Source: a virus (taxonomy: Duplodnaviria > Caudoviricetes). From it: DNA of 64,000 nucleotides. Under the pieces are notes generated by a model. It did no database searches. It worked only from the letters and a program-made list of their open reading frames with translations, and was not told where the DNA came from. The stretch is taken from positions 1 to 64,000 of the IMG/VR virus record IMGVR_UViG_641736147_000004; one strand, 5' to 3'. This document shows, piece after piece, positions 19,581 through 29,975 of this stretch (positions are counted from its first letter, which is position 1; each line of letters begins with the position of its first letter). The position numbers were made by a program, and so were the translations under genes.

Positions 19581-21401
19581 TTAATCTACATAATTAATCG
19601 TATACGTACCATTTTTATAAAAAGTTACTCTAGTGTGTACATTATCTAAACCAATAGATATATCATAATCAGATTTATTAGCTTGAGTATATGTGCCCAT
19701 CATTGATACGGCTATACTTATATCTTCACATTTAGCAATAGATTTATCATCTATAATAGAAATATAATACGCGAATCTTATTTTATCCGAGCTATTTCTT
19801 AATTGTTCCAATTCACGATTGGATAAACTATCTACGATAGTTTTACTCATACCTTTTGTTTTAAAATCAGATTTATTTTGTATATCTATATCTTCCCATA
19901 TCTTATTTCCTACATTGTATCCTTTAAATGTTTTACCTCCATCAATACTAAGTGCTACTAATACTTGACCACCATACATAGTTGTACTATTAAATATGAC
20001 TTTGTTTAAACTATCGAGGTGGCTTAAATCTATATCATTATTATTTACTACAATAGTCTCAAGCACTTTATATCCTACTGTAATGTGATTATCATTATCT
20101 TCAATTGATGTAATAATAGCATAGTTATTTAAATTTATATCATAAATATATTCTTTACCATTTCTTAAATTTTCTTGATGTGTAGATATAATATCATCCT
20201 TTTGTTCTTTTATATATAAATCTCCATCAAAATTTACACTGTTGTTAGGTTTAAAATAATTTGTATCAGCATTGTCAAAACTAGTAATCAATGTAGTTTT
20301 ATCTTGCCCCTTTATGAATTCTCTGACACTGCATATAAAATTAGCGTCTTGGATTTTATTATTTAATTTAATATCATAAATATAAGGGCTTGATTGAGAA
20401 GCATTTACATTTAAACGTGTAATTTGCTTTACAATCTTATCACTGTTATCTCCATGAATATTGTCGATGGCTTTCACTATATCTTCCCATGAGTTCTGTG
20501 TAGTTACATCTTGATTTTTTGACGTTAAAGCTGTAACTACATTTTCTTTTACATTAACGCCATATTGAAAAGCCTTATTATATACTTCATTGATAGCACC
20601 TTTTATTGTTTTGTCTTCAGTTTCTAAAACATTATTACCTATTATACTATTAATCTGATCTTGAGTATATATATCATCTTTAATTAAATCAGATGTTTTA
20701 GATGGTATATTGGGTTTATTAATTATATTATCCCAATGAATATTAATATTCTCCCAATCAGTATCAGTGTCTTTCAACCATTCTACTCCATCAAATATAT
20801 ATCCTACTCTGTTGTTATGTTCATCGTTTAATACTATAACTCTATCTCCAACTTGCATGGCTTTAATATTGTCTTTATCAACCGAAGTTCTAACAACATA
20901 TGTAGAATTTCCGTTTTTACTAGTAGGTAAATACTTCATAGGTATTTTTGTATTTTCATCTAATGGTACTATACCATGTGCTATTCCTAATGCTGACATA
21001 TTTATTTTATTATCTAATAATAAATTGATTTTATTAACTGAATATGTTTTGTCTATTGCGTCATTATTATTATCATCAATATATGTAGGAATATTTTTAA
21101 GTTCAATACTATCTGTTTCTTTATTATAAGTCATCACCTTGCCATTGATCTTATCAGTTATATTGATATTAACACCTTTTAATTTATCAGCACTGTTATT
21201 AATTTTTGTCCATGCATCATATTCGAATCTATCACCCGAATCATGAGAATAAGCACACACATAGAAACTATTATTAAATATACATACATCACCTATCATA
21301 TAAGTTGAATTCTTTTTCCATTGTCTTGCATTTGATAAACTTTGTTCTGCTGTTGCAATAGCTTGTGTAGCTGTGGAATAGCTTACTATATCTAATCCCA
21401 T
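19581..21401 (-). CDS. Tail fibre-like protein with N-terminal CBM5/12-like module
   Basis: WKKNSTYMIGDVCIFNNSFYVC..H; GIVPLDENTKIP; LETEDKTIKGAINEV fibre motifs. Confidence 0.7.
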   Translation of the reverse strand: MGLDIVSYSTATQAIATAEQSLSNARQWKKNSTYMIGDVCIFNNSFYVCAYSHDSGDRFEYDAWTKINNSADKLKGVNINITDKINGKVMTYNKETDSIELKNIPTYIDDNNNDAIDKTYSVNKINLLLDNKINMSALGIAHGIVPLDENTKIPMKYLPTSKNGNSTYVVRTSVDKDNIKAMQVGDRVIVLNDEHNNRVGYIFDGVEWLKDTDTDWENINIHWDNIINKPNIPSKTSDLIKDDIYTQDQINSIIGNNVLETEDKTIKGAINEVYNKAFQYGVNVKENVVTALTSKNQDVTTQNSWEDIVKAIDNIHGDNSDKIVKQITRLNVNASQSSPYIYDIKLNNKIQDANFICSVREFIKGQDKTTLITSFDNADTNYFKPNNSVNFDGDLYIKEQKDDIISTHQENLRNGKEYIYDINLNNYAIITSIEDNDNHITVGYKVLETIVVNNNDIDLSHLDSLNKVIFNSTTMYGGQVLVALSIDGGKTFKGYNVGNKIWEDIDIQNKSDFKTKGMSKTIVDSLSNRELEQLRNSSDKIRFAYYISIIDDKSIAKCEDISIAVSMMGTYTQANKSDYDISIGLDNVHTRVTFYKNGTYTINYVD

Positions 21402-21440
21402 ATTTATATTCCTCCTTTCTATTGCATTATTTGCTATATT

Positions 21441-21725
21441 TTATTCAGTTGTCGTTTTTGTATTAGCGATATTCCCCTTACTATCATAATCAAATATATA
21501 AGTGATTTTTTTACTATCTTCTAATATAGTTTGAGTTAAAATTTTACCTTCATTTACTTGTCCAAATGGTATATATGTAAATATAGTTTTTCTATTAATA
21601 TCACCAGCGATACTTTCCTCAACAATTCTATTATAACTATCACGCTTATATTCTGTGTGGAAATTGCCTATATCGTAACTATTACCAACTATTGCTGTAC
21701 TATGTGTATTTTTTATAATACCCAT
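21441..21725 (-). CDS. Small virion-associated protein with YD-like repeats
   Basis: YKRDSYNRIVEE, YDSKGNI. Confidence 0.5.
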   Translation of the reverse strand: MGIIKNTHSTAIVGNSYDIGNFHTEYKRDSYNRIVEESIAGDINRKTIFTYIPFGQVNEGKILTQTILEDSKKITYIFDYDSKGNIANTKTTTE

Positions 21726-21743
21726 TACACCATCACCTTCTTT

Positions 21744-22178
21744 TTAAGAAAATTGTCCTTCAATTTCATATTTAATGCCTTTCTGTTTAATTCGTATATA
21801 ATACACTCTTTGCACATTAAACCCTTTATCCATTGATGTTCTCATATGATGTCTTGTAGCTTCATTTTCAATATACCAATCAAACTCATCTGAAAAGGAT
21901 GTAACTAAAATATTATCAACTACAATAGGATTATATTCTAATCTATTCCAACATTGCAAATCTAATGTATTAATAGATGTATGGTCTTTAGTACATTTAT
22001 AAAAATCATTTTCGTGTTTAATAATATCTCCTATATTATAGTGGATATTTTCCTTCCATAATGTAACTTCAATTGTTGTATTATCATTTTTGTATTCTTT
22101 TGGATCTAAAAAATATATCCTTGTATCCTCTTTCTTAGTAATTTGTATACCACCTGTCCCAACTGTACCACTAAACAT
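21744..22178 (-). CDS. Protein with a CBM5/12-like module
   Basis: WKENIHYNIGDIIKHENDFYKCTKDHTS. Confidence 0.6.
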   Translation of the reverse strand: MFSGTVGTGGIQITKKEDTRIYFLDPKEYKNDNTTIEVTLWKENIHYNIGDIIKHENDFYKCTKDHTSINTLDLQCWNRLEYNPIVVDNILVTSFSDEFDWYIENEATRHHMRTSMDKGFNVQRVYYIRIKQKGIKYEIEGQFS

Positions 22179-22242
22179 AAATAATATACCTCCTTCTAGT
22201 TTACATTTTAAAATAAGTATACATAATAAAACTTATGTATAC

Positions 22243-22428
22243 TTATGAAATAAATTTATTTAAAATAACTTTCTCAATTTGTTCACATTTGTTACATTTT
22301 TTTGTATATATAAAATTAAATTTATCTTTGTTGATTATCATTTCTGCGTTATTAACGTATTCCCATTGATGTGTGCAACCATCTATTAGTCCCTTTTTAA
22401 TTATTTTATCATCTTTCATATTTATCAT
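22243..22428 (-). CDS. Small Cys/His protein
   Basis: CTHQW...KCNKC; GGGAG RBS. Confidence 0.5.
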   Translation of the reverse strand: MINMKDDKIIKKGLIDGCTHQWEYVNNAEMIINKDKFNFIYTKKCNKCEQIEKVILNKFIS

Positions 22429-22432
22429 CTCC

Positions 22433-23929
22433 CTACATTATGAAAGCATAAATTTTGAGTTTATTAATACAATCTTCAGGAATTTCCTTAACAATAACTT
22501 GTCCACTCATGTCTTTAATTTCCATAGCTTGTACTTTTACGTGTCCATCTAAATCAGTTTTCATGTTAACTAATACATGACCATCTAATTGATTCAATGC
22601 AATAATTTTAACGCTTCCTTGTAATTGAATAATAGGCTGTACTTTAACTTGTCCTTTAAAACCTACTGGGTTAACTTTAACTCCTCCTATTAATTCTGAT
22701 TTTAAAATCGTAGTTATTTGACCATTTAAATCATCATAAGTACGATATGTAGGTTTCACCTTACCATTTAACTCATTTTTATAATATATATCTACTTGAC
22801 CATTTAACGAATCATCTTTATATTTATAGATCAAAACTTCACCACTTAATTCTTTATGATCTGAAATTTCAGTAATCCCATTTAGATCACTCTTTTCTAA
22901 TGGTTTAACAGTGGCTCTTCCCATCATTCCATCTTGTTTGGCAATTCTCACGCTTCCTCTAAGCAATTCATTCCTAATAAATACATAACCTTGCAAATCA
23001 GCTTTATATGTAGGATGATAAACTTTAACATGACCATTGATACCATTATGATAACTGACAGATATTTTTCCTTCTAGTTCATTCATATTGTGAATATGGA
23101 CAGTCCCATCTAATAAACTATCACCAGAATGTCTAAATACACCAATTTGACCTTGCAAATCAGATAATTCAGTTCTCCTAACTCTTATCTGTCCTTTCAT
23201 TACAGAGTTAGCACCATTAAACAAGTCTGTGTCTATATATTCGACTATTAATTGCGGTTTGTTTTCACTTTCTCTACTACTAAATTGTTTCAATTGTTGA
23301 AAATTTTCATTATAGCTTTTGAGAATCAGACCATTATTATTTATATCTTTATACACCCATTGTAGAGCCACATCGGTAATATCAATATCATATACAGTTT
23401 TGTCTTTTTCTAAATTTACTATGTCTACTACTTGTAGCCTAGAAGGTTGCCCACCCCATACAACATTATATTCTTCCCATGTATTGGTAGGTAAAGAGAT
23501 CTCTAAATTATTAAAACTTTTCATGTCATAAGAATATAATCTGAGTTTAATGCTACATATATGATATATTTTAGGAACTGTAGATAAATCGAATTGCAGT
23601 AATGTCCTATATATATTTCCTTTTTCATCTGTGCCAATTTTTAAACTACTTCTATCTCCATAATTTAATATCTTATTTTCAGTTGTTACGTATGTATCTT
23701 TGATGCTACTTAATTCAATATGTTTTCTTTTAGGAATATTAGCTTGGAATGTTGCTTCCATTTTATTTTTAAGAGTTCTATGAACATTAACAAAGCCTTG
23801 TAGTGTATCGTTTTTGTCACTTATATCTACATTTCCTTGCAACACATCATTCTTTTTATGCCATGTTGCATTAAATGTAGCTTCCATTTTATTTTTAAAT
23901 ATCTTACTCATAGCTAACACCTCACTCAT
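22433..23929 (-). CDS. DNRLRE (CBM96-like) domain protein with L.G.V.I repeats
   Basis: DTYV..NYG..L.IG..RTLLQFDLS..NNGLIL..FSSRE..PQLIVEY, followed by many short repeats. Confidence 0.75.
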   Translation of the reverse strand: MSEVLAMSKIFKNKMEATFNATWHKKNDVLQGNVDISDKNDTLQGFVNVHRTLKNKMEATFQANIPKRKHIELSSIKDTYVTTENKILNYGDRSSLKIGTDEKGNIYRTLLQFDLSTVPKIYHICSIKLRLYSYDMKSFNNLEISLPTNTWEEYNVVWGGQPSRLQVVDIVNLEKDKTVYDIDITDVALQWVYKDINNNGLILKSYNENFQQLKQFSSRESENKPQLIVEYIDTDLFNGANSVMKGQIRVRRTELSDLQGQIGVFRHSGDSLLDGTVHIHNMNELEGKISVSYHNGINGHVKVYHPTYKADLQGYVFIRNELLRGSVRIAKQDGMMGRATVKPLEKSDLNGITEISDHKELSGEVLIYKYKDDSLNGQVDIYYKNELNGKVKPTYRTYDDLNGQITTILKSELIGGVKVNPVGFKGQVKVQPIIQLQGSVKIIALNQLDGHVLVNMKTDLDGHVKVQAMEIKDMSGQVIVKEIPEDCINKLKIYAFIM

Positions 23930-25073
23930 TTGTAGGTGTAGCTTGTGTATCTATTTCAAAAGTAAAATCACTATACTCAAACTCTAGACCCAATTCTACT
24001 TGCAGATATAGTTTTATTTTTTCTTTGTCTTTTAATAATTCTTTATGTAGTTGTTCACTATCATCCATAATATTTTCTAAATCAAATCCATAGTGGATTG
24101 TTAATTCTTTAGGAAAACTACTTTTATTAATATACACAGATAAATCCTTGATATCTTGACCGCAGTTATTATAAATGTATACATATTTTATATCACTGCG
24201 AGTACCTGCTAATGTCTTACCAAAATCAAGTCTTTTTAATATATCTCCTACATTATTAGAGTAGTACTTATTGGCGTCATCAATAAATAGTAAACCCGTA
24301 TATTCCCCCATAAATGTATAGATGAATTGATTAGTTTCACCCCAATTGTCTTGTACATTTATAATTATCGTATTCAACTTATTTACTATCATATCAGTAG
24401 ATTTAATTGTTAAATTATTTGATAATGGTTTCTGAAATGCTGTAAACTCTCCATCTGTTGGATATATTATTCTGCCATTAAGCTTAATTTGATATTTTAT
24501 TAAATCTCCTTCATTATCATTGATTTGATAATGTAATTTATTTGTATCCAATGTAGCAATTATAGTCGGTTTATCATTGTATAAAATAACTTCTTTTTCC
24601 TTAAAGAACTCTTTTTCATTTTCTGTTATTACTACAACTTTAACCTTATAAGAATTAACAGACGTTGTTATTAAGCTAATAGGAATCTTAACTGTCTCTT
24701 GCGTATCTGTATACAATAAAGTATTGCCATAGTCTTTGATAGTTTGTAATACTGTGCCATCTGTATTGACAAAATCAACCTTATATTTATATCCTAATTT
24801 AATTAATCCATTAACTTTCAATCCATCTATGCTTTTCTTTTCATCGTCCATATCTTCATCAAAGCTCTCAACTCTAATATAATCATCTAAATTAAAATCT
24901 ATAAAACTTTCATCACCATTTCCTGTAGACTCTTTTTCTGAATAAATATATTCTTTATACCATGTATCTGAATCTTCAGTGATAGGTTTATCTATTTTAA
25001 AACTAAATTCAAAATCTTTATTTTTATTTACTAATAATCTGCCTTTACCAATATCAATATTAACTTTTGCCAT
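23922..25073 (-). CDS. Putative tail-associated Ig-like structural protein
   Basis: Position in operon; beta-rich sequence. Confidence 0.55.
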   Translation of the reverse strand: MAKVNIDIGKGRLLVNKNKDFEFSFKIDKPITEDSDTWYKEYIYSEKESTGNGDESFIDFNLDDYIRVESFDEDMDDEKKSIDGLKVNGLIKLGYKYKVDFVNTDGTVLQTIKDYGNTLLYTDTQETVKIPISLITTSVNSYKVKVVVITENEKEFFKEKEVILYNDKPTIIATLDTNKLHYQINDNEGDLIKYQIKLNGRIIYPTDGEFTAFQKPLSNNLTIKSTDMIVNKLNTIIINVQDNWGETNQFIYTFMGEYTGLLFIDDANKYYSNNVGDILKRLDFGKTLAGTRSDIKYVYIYNNCGQDIKDLSVYINKSSFPKELTIHYGFDLENIMDDSEQLHKELLKDKEKIKLYLQVELGLEFEYSDFTFEIDTQATPTNE

Positions 25074-25087
25074 ATAAATTCACCTCC

Positions 25088-25705
25088 TTAGTTTCTTACT
25101 ATCCAAGTGAGTTGTCCACCTTTATTCTTTTGTAGAGGTGCATATATATTATATTGTTTAAGGTTGTTGACTTTTATTACTATTTCACCATCTAAATCTT
25201 TATTTGAAACTAATCTAATTTGGAAATTCATAAGTTGACATTGAGAAATGTTTAAGATAGGTTTGAAATAAAATTCTATATCATCTTTTATTACTTTAGT
25301 TTTATATCCTAAGTTATACCCATATATATTAAAGCTTCCGTGATAGCCTGTTTTAGTATTAAAGTCTGAGTATACGTTTTTAAAATAAATCAAATCATTA
25401 TATAATTGAAAGTTATTTGTAAGGGGATATTCTTTATCTTTAGTTTTATATAAAAAGTCAATTTTATTGCCATCTATATAAAAACTGCCTGTTGGAATAT
25501 CAAAATAAATTTTTATACCATGACCAACAGTTCCAAATCTCAATAAGTTGTTTCTATTTTGAATTTCTTTGACACTTATATATTTATTTTTATCAGGATT
25601 ATATTCAAAAAAGAGAGTACCATTTAGGTACTCTCCTGCAAACATAAAGTCCATTTCTCTACTAAAAGAATATGGATATATATTATTAAGTTTATTTTCT
25701 ATCAT
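25088..25705 (-). CDS. Putative structural protein
   Basis: GAGGTG RBS; operon position. Confidence 0.55.
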   Translation of the reverse strand: MIENKLNNIYPYSFSREMDFMFAGEYLNGTLFFEYNPDKNKYISVKEIQNRNNLLRFGTVGHGIKIYFDIPTGSFYIDGNKIDFLYKTKDKEYPLTNNFQLYNDLIYFKNVYSDFNTKTGYHGSFNIYGYNLGYKTKVIKDDIEFYFKPILNISQCQLMNFQIRLVSNKDLDGEIVIKVNNLKQYNIYAPLQKNKGGQLTWIVRN

Positions 25706-25749
25706 TTATTCTACACCTCATTGTATTGAGTTTTATTTTTTTAATTAAT

Positions 25750-26364
25750 TTATACATTGTAATAAATTCTTACTATAAATTTATTATCTTGTGCGTCTGC
25801 ATGAGCAGGGACTTTCATTTGTAGTTTGATTTTTGCATAATTATTTTTAGATGACTCTGTATCGTATTTGCCATCATTCATTTTACCACTAATAACACCT
25901 GTACTTACACCACTTCCAGTTTTACTACCTAACGCCGTCACTTGAATGTCCTTTTGTGTTAAAACACCTTTTTGCATTTCTGAACCAATAGGAGTATATT
26001 TTAAGTCTTTTTCGTTCATCGAGCTTAACACTACGCCTGCTTGTATCCATTGTTCTTGGACTAACGGACTTTTCATTTCACCTGCTATATAATCACTAAA
26101 AGTTCCATCTTTAATTGTTATTCTGCAATTAGTCATATCAGGTACATTCTCATAACTATCTATACTTCCATCTGGTTTTTTATTATTCCAAATATAAAAT
26201 GTATGTCTTGTTAGTTCAGGGTTATTATCAGCATCAACAATACCCAAATCCCATAAATTATTTGACACTGGTCTTTGTTTTAATTTACCATCACTTGTAT
26301 CTATATAATCTTCATGCCAACTTACTATTGGTTTTAATTTTGTTGCCATATTATCACACTCCAC
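25750..26364 (-). CDS. Putative structural protein
   Basis: WDLGIVDA..FYIWNN..VPDMTN; operon position. Confidence 0.55.
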   Translation of the reverse strand: MECDNMATKLKPIVSWHEDYIDTSDGKLKQRPVSNNLWDLGIVDADNNPELTRHTFYIWNNKKPDGSIDSYENVPDMTNCRITIKDGTFSDYIAGEMKSPLVQEQWIQAGVVLSSMNEKDLKYTPIGSEMQKGVLTQKDIQVTALGSKTGSGVSTGVISGKMNDGKYDTESSKNNYAKIKLQMKVPAHADAQDNKFIVRIYYNV

Positions 26365-26375
26365 TTTAATTATTT

Positions 26376-27743
26376 TTAAATTAATATATCTACATAAACA
26401 GATATATTTTCTATTCCATTACCTACGTGCTTAAAATTTAATCTAAAACAGTCATCTTTGTTTACTTTATTGTTTAAAATAGAACATTTTGAAGATGAAT
26501 ATGCACCATAGTCAAACATAATTTCTTTATTATCTTCACAAATATTAATCCAGTTATCTAGTCCTTTGTTAAAATCTGTTATTTGTATTTTTTGTACTTG
26601 TATAGATGTAAAATCTACACTAGGTTTTTGACATATTGCATTGATATCTATTATTTGTCCATTCATAGGAAACTTAACAAACACGTCTTGAACACCTTGT
26701 TTAAATTTATTTAAAGGTAATTCAAAAATTATTGTTTTAGTATGTACATAAGATGGTAAAGCACTTTTAGCTTCTTCACCTACATAGTTCTTTTGTGCAT
26801 CGTCTTCTATTCCTTTTAACTTAATAAAGTCATTTTTAGATAATAAGCCGTTTATTTCTTCAGTGGCAAGAGTTATGCCACCAGTAATATTAGTAATAAA
26901 CTGCCACTTAACACCATCCCACCTATACCATTCTCCATTTGTTGTGATTACACAATCGCCTACTTCTGGATGAGGATAATCTTTTTCTATTTCAGCTAAG
27001 GTTTTCACATCCTTACCTGCCAACCATTGTATCTTTGTGTGTAATCTATCGATTTCCAACAATTCTAATTCTCTTTTGGCTATTTTAGTTTGCTCATCGC
27101 AATTCTTAGTTGCATGAATGCAACCTTGAGTAACTACAATACTTTCATTAGTTGTATCAATACACTTATCTCTAGCTTGCTCAGTTTCTTTTTTTACTCT
27201 TAAACTATCTTCTGATATTTTCTTACACTCATCAGTTTGTTTTTTACAAATGGCAATATGAATGTCCATTTCATCAATTTTTTTCTTTACAAGATTTTTA
27301 AGATATTCTATATACTCAGTAATCTCTTGAGTTTTTTCAAATATAAAATCGATAAACTCTTGTAAATTATCAACTAACCAAGGATTGGGACTATGAACCC
27401 ATATACGCTCAGCAGGAAATTGAAGAACTCCTCTGCCTTTGTATTCAATTTTAACAGTCTTACCTTCCTCAGTTGGATTAAAATACACAACTCCATTATC
27501 ATATTCTACATAGAATTGATTACTTTTAATTTCTCGTGTTTTATAGTAAGTATTTTCATCTATCTCAACATAATCTTCAATTCTAACATGATATAATGGG
27601 TCTGGTATCTCGTCTAAGTTTAATTTGTTATTGATTATTTTTTCTTGTGTAACTTTTAATACATATGGATCACTTGCTTTACCACTTCTAAGTAAATGTC
27701 TAATGGTATCAAAATACTTTAACCTAATCAAAGAATTATTCAC
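26376..27743 (-). CDS. Tail fibre/spike attachment protein resembling SPbeta-type tail proteins
   Basis: SDPY..LDEIPD..FYVEYDNGVVYFN..EGKTV.IEYKGRG..FPAERIW N-terminus, coiled coil, GLLSKNDFIKL. Confidence 0.65.
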   Translation of the reverse strand: MNNSLIRLKYFDTIRHLLRSGKASDPYVLKVTQEKIINNKLNLDEIPDPLYHVRIEDYVEIDENTYYKTREIKSNQFYVEYDNGVVYFNPTEEGKTVKIEYKGRGVLQFPAERIWVHSPNPWLVDNLQEFIDFIFEKTQEITEYIEYLKNLVKKKIDEMDIHIAICKKQTDECKKISEDSLRVKKETEQARDKCIDTTNESIVVTQGCIHATKNCDEQTKIAKRELELLEIDRLHTKIQWLAGKDVKTLAEIEKDYPHPEVGDCVITTNGEWYRWDGVKWQFITNITGGITLATEEINGLLSKNDFIKLKGIEDDAQKNYVGEEAKSALPSYVHTKTIIFELPLNKFKQGVQDVFVKFPMNGQIIDINAICQKPSVDFTSIQVQKIQITDFNKGLDNWINICEDNKEIMFDYGAYSSSKCSILNNKVNKDDCFRLNFKHVGNGIENISVYVDILI

Positions 27744-27767
27744 CTCCTTTGAAAATTTTTAATTAAT

Positions 27768-27953
27768 TTATTTGTTGGTTGTTTTATTATCATTAGTCAT
27801 ATCAACACTTTCTATTGGTGAATTGAACCAATCTATTATTTCATTCATTGCTTGTATCTCTTTTAATCCCTTTATTTCAACTCTATCTAAAAATAACATT
27901 AAATTGTGTGCTACATTTTCATTAATTTCATACTTTTGCATTTCAAAAAACAT
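27768..27953 (-). CDS. Small hypothetical protein
   Basis: AAGGAG RBS. Confidence 0.55.
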   Translation of the reverse strand: MFFEMQKYEINENVAHNLMLFLDRVEIKGLKEIQAMNEIIDWFNSPIESVDMTNDNKTTNK

Positions 27954-27975
27954 CTCCTTTTTTATTTTATTAAAA

Positions 27976-28338
27976 TTATTTACTTATGAATAAATTATCA
28001 CTTCCACTTACAATTTTACCTTCAAGGTCATCGCCTGATACTGAACATCCAACATATGCAATTCCTTTACCTTTTTCAAACATAATAAAGCTTCCTTGTT
28101 TGATTATAGCTGTTGTTTCTAAAGAATCATAATGTCCTGAATGAGGATAGTGCTTATGTATCTTTACGATATCCCCTACTCTAGCTATAGGTTTTTCCTT
28201 TTCAAATATAATAGAACTACCGCTCACTATTTCACCTGTAAAAGTTCCTGACTCACTCCTTGTCTTTTTATTTCGCCTATATTCACCATAACAAGTTCCC
28301 TCTACCTTATCTCCAACCCTTGCTATTGCTTTACTCAT
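27976..28338 (-). CDS. PAAR-repeat spike-tip protein
   Basis: Three repeats AIARVGD / PIARVGD / GIAYVGC with IVSGS linkers. Confidence 0.8.
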   Translation of the reverse strand: MSKAIARVGDKVEGTCYGEYRRNKKTRSESGTFTGEIVSGSSIIFEKEKPIARVGDIVKIHKHYPHSGHYDSLETTAIIKQGSFIMFEKGKGIAYVGCSVSGDDLEGKIVSGSDNLFISK

Positions 28339-28396
28339 AATTAATCACCTCTTTCATAAGACTCTATTTTTAAAAATAAAAAAACACCTAATATAT

Positions 28397-29095
28397 TTAA
28401 ATACTAGGAGTTCGTATCGCATCTTCTTCCTCTTTGTCTTGTATATAATTTTCATAATTATATATACACTCATTACATTTTTCTAATTTTTCGATATTCA
28501 ACATTTTACCGAGTCTAATACCTATTTCACTTATTTCATCTTCGCTTATTTCATTTTCTTTAACTTGTCCAAAAAGACTACTTATATGAACAAAACGAGC
28601 ATCCTTTAGCATTAAGATTCTATTCCATGGCTGACCGTTTGGTCTTACTACAGGGATATAATATAAATGATAAAACTCTTCACTTCGTTCTGTAATGGCT
28701 TTATATTCTCGTTCTCTTTGTTTATATTCATCTCTTGAAGTACATTGATTTAATATCGGTTCTTTTAAAGTCTGAATTGGTATAACAAATACATTATCAT
28801 GATATTGTTTTGAAAATTCTATATCTTGAAAAATTAACACTGGTCTAGATTTAGCTCTAGATACTACCAAAATATCCTCTTTCGCTTTAGTATGACCATT
28901 ATTATCTTTAACGGGTACAAATCCATCATTTTTAAATACCAATTTCCCAGAAGCTTCATTTCCTTCCTGTCTGTTATTAAATAATTGTCTTTGTTTTGAT
29001 GTATCATCAAATTCAAAGAAACCTAATGGATTATGTTCAATAAATTGAAAACCTGTTAAAACTATAGAATTGTTTTTTAATGAGTTAAAATCCAA
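28397..29095 (-). CDS. PemK/MazF-like toxin with insertion (cassette 1)
   Basis: RAKSRPVLIFQD..VFVIPIQT; downstream of a small acidic ORF. Confidence 0.6.
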   Translation of the reverse strand: MDFNSLKNNSIVLTGFQFIEHNPLGFFEFDDTSKQRQLFNNRQEGNEASGKLVFKNDGFVPVKDNNGHTKAKEDILVVSRAKSRPVLIFQDIEFSKQYHDNVFVIPIQTLKEPILNQCTSRDEYKQREREYKAITERSEEFYHLYYIPVVRPNGQPWNRILMLKDARFVHISSLFGQVKENEISEDEISEIGIRLGKMLNIEKLEKCNECIYNYENYIQDKEEEDAIRTPSI

Positions 29096-29116
29096 TATAG
29101 TATCCCCCTCTTGATC

Positions 29117-29383
29117 TTACATTTCTTTCAAATCATCTGTGTTGTCAATCATAAAATCTTCTAAATATGTATCATCATCATAAATTAAATGTTCAGTTGC
29201 ATCCATTCTTTCTTCTTTAGTAAAGTGATATGCCTGATTTTCTCGTACCTTCTTTTTGTAATCAAATAAATTAATTACCTTACTCATAATTATCACCCCA
29301 TTATTTGTGACTATTTTTTTCCATTTGTAACTACTAACAGATGCCTTTGTTTTATTGCAACTTGTCCAACGTTGTATTTTCAT
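29117..29383 (-). CDS. Putative antitoxin with MKIQRWTS extension (cassette 1; internal start 29287)
   Basis: Acidic C-terminus; two RBS/ATG pairs in frame. Confidence 0.65.
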   Translation of the reverse strand: MKIQRWTSCNKTKASVSSYKWKKIVTNNGVIIMSKVINLFDYKKKVRENQAYHFTKEERMDATEHLIYDDDTYLEDFMIDNTDDLKEM

Positions 29384-29586
29384 ATTACCACTCCTTATCC
29401 CCTATTTCAATTAAAATATGTTATATTAACCTACATTTTACATATAATTGTTTTAGTCAATATAGATACATTAACTAATTTAAGATAAACACACTTATAT
29501 TTTACCATATTTTGTAATTAAAGAATAAGAGCAATTTACACTTTTAACTAACAAAAATAACTACTTAATCAAAAGTAGTTATTTTT

Positions 29587-29778
29587 TTAAGCATGATTAA
29601 TATTATTGTTTTCCTTCTGATTATCATGAACACATTTATCTATAAATTCAAGATAAAGTTTTCGATCTTCTTTTGGAAATAGACTATTAACTATTATCCT
29701 TACAATACCTACTATCTCTGCAAATATACCTGTTATAAATAATCTTATTGTCCATTCATCATATTTGAATGTTCCTTT
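29587..29778 (-). CDS. 3' part (63 aa) of the membrane-protein gene interrupted by the IStron
   Basis: KGTFKYDEWTIRLFITGIFAEIVGIVRIIVNSLFP... continues ...WNIG (32336) in frame once the element is removed. Confidence 0.8.
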   Translation of the reverse strand, partial: KGTFKYDEWTIRLFITGIFAEIVGIVRIIVNSLFPKEDRKLYLEFIDKCVHDNQKENNNINHA

Positions 29779-29975
29779 CCGATACGAAAAATATATACAT
29801 TTCTATTTAAATGTAGACATTTATACTATGACACGACTTATGTCTTATGATTTTCGTCTTGTGTCTTCCTGCTTCAACGAATCTGGGTTTGCCGAAGCTA
29901 CTACCATTTGATATGACTCTTAACAGGCTTAAATTCCGTAGTATCGTTACGTACATATTCAAAGCTTAGTTTAGG
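29779..29975 (-). ncRNA. Probable TnpB omegaRNA scaffold / intron 3' end
   Basis: Structured noncoding segment between the tnpB stop and the right end (GTAGCTTCGGC, GACATAAGTC, TACATTT..AAATGTA). Confidence 0.65.
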
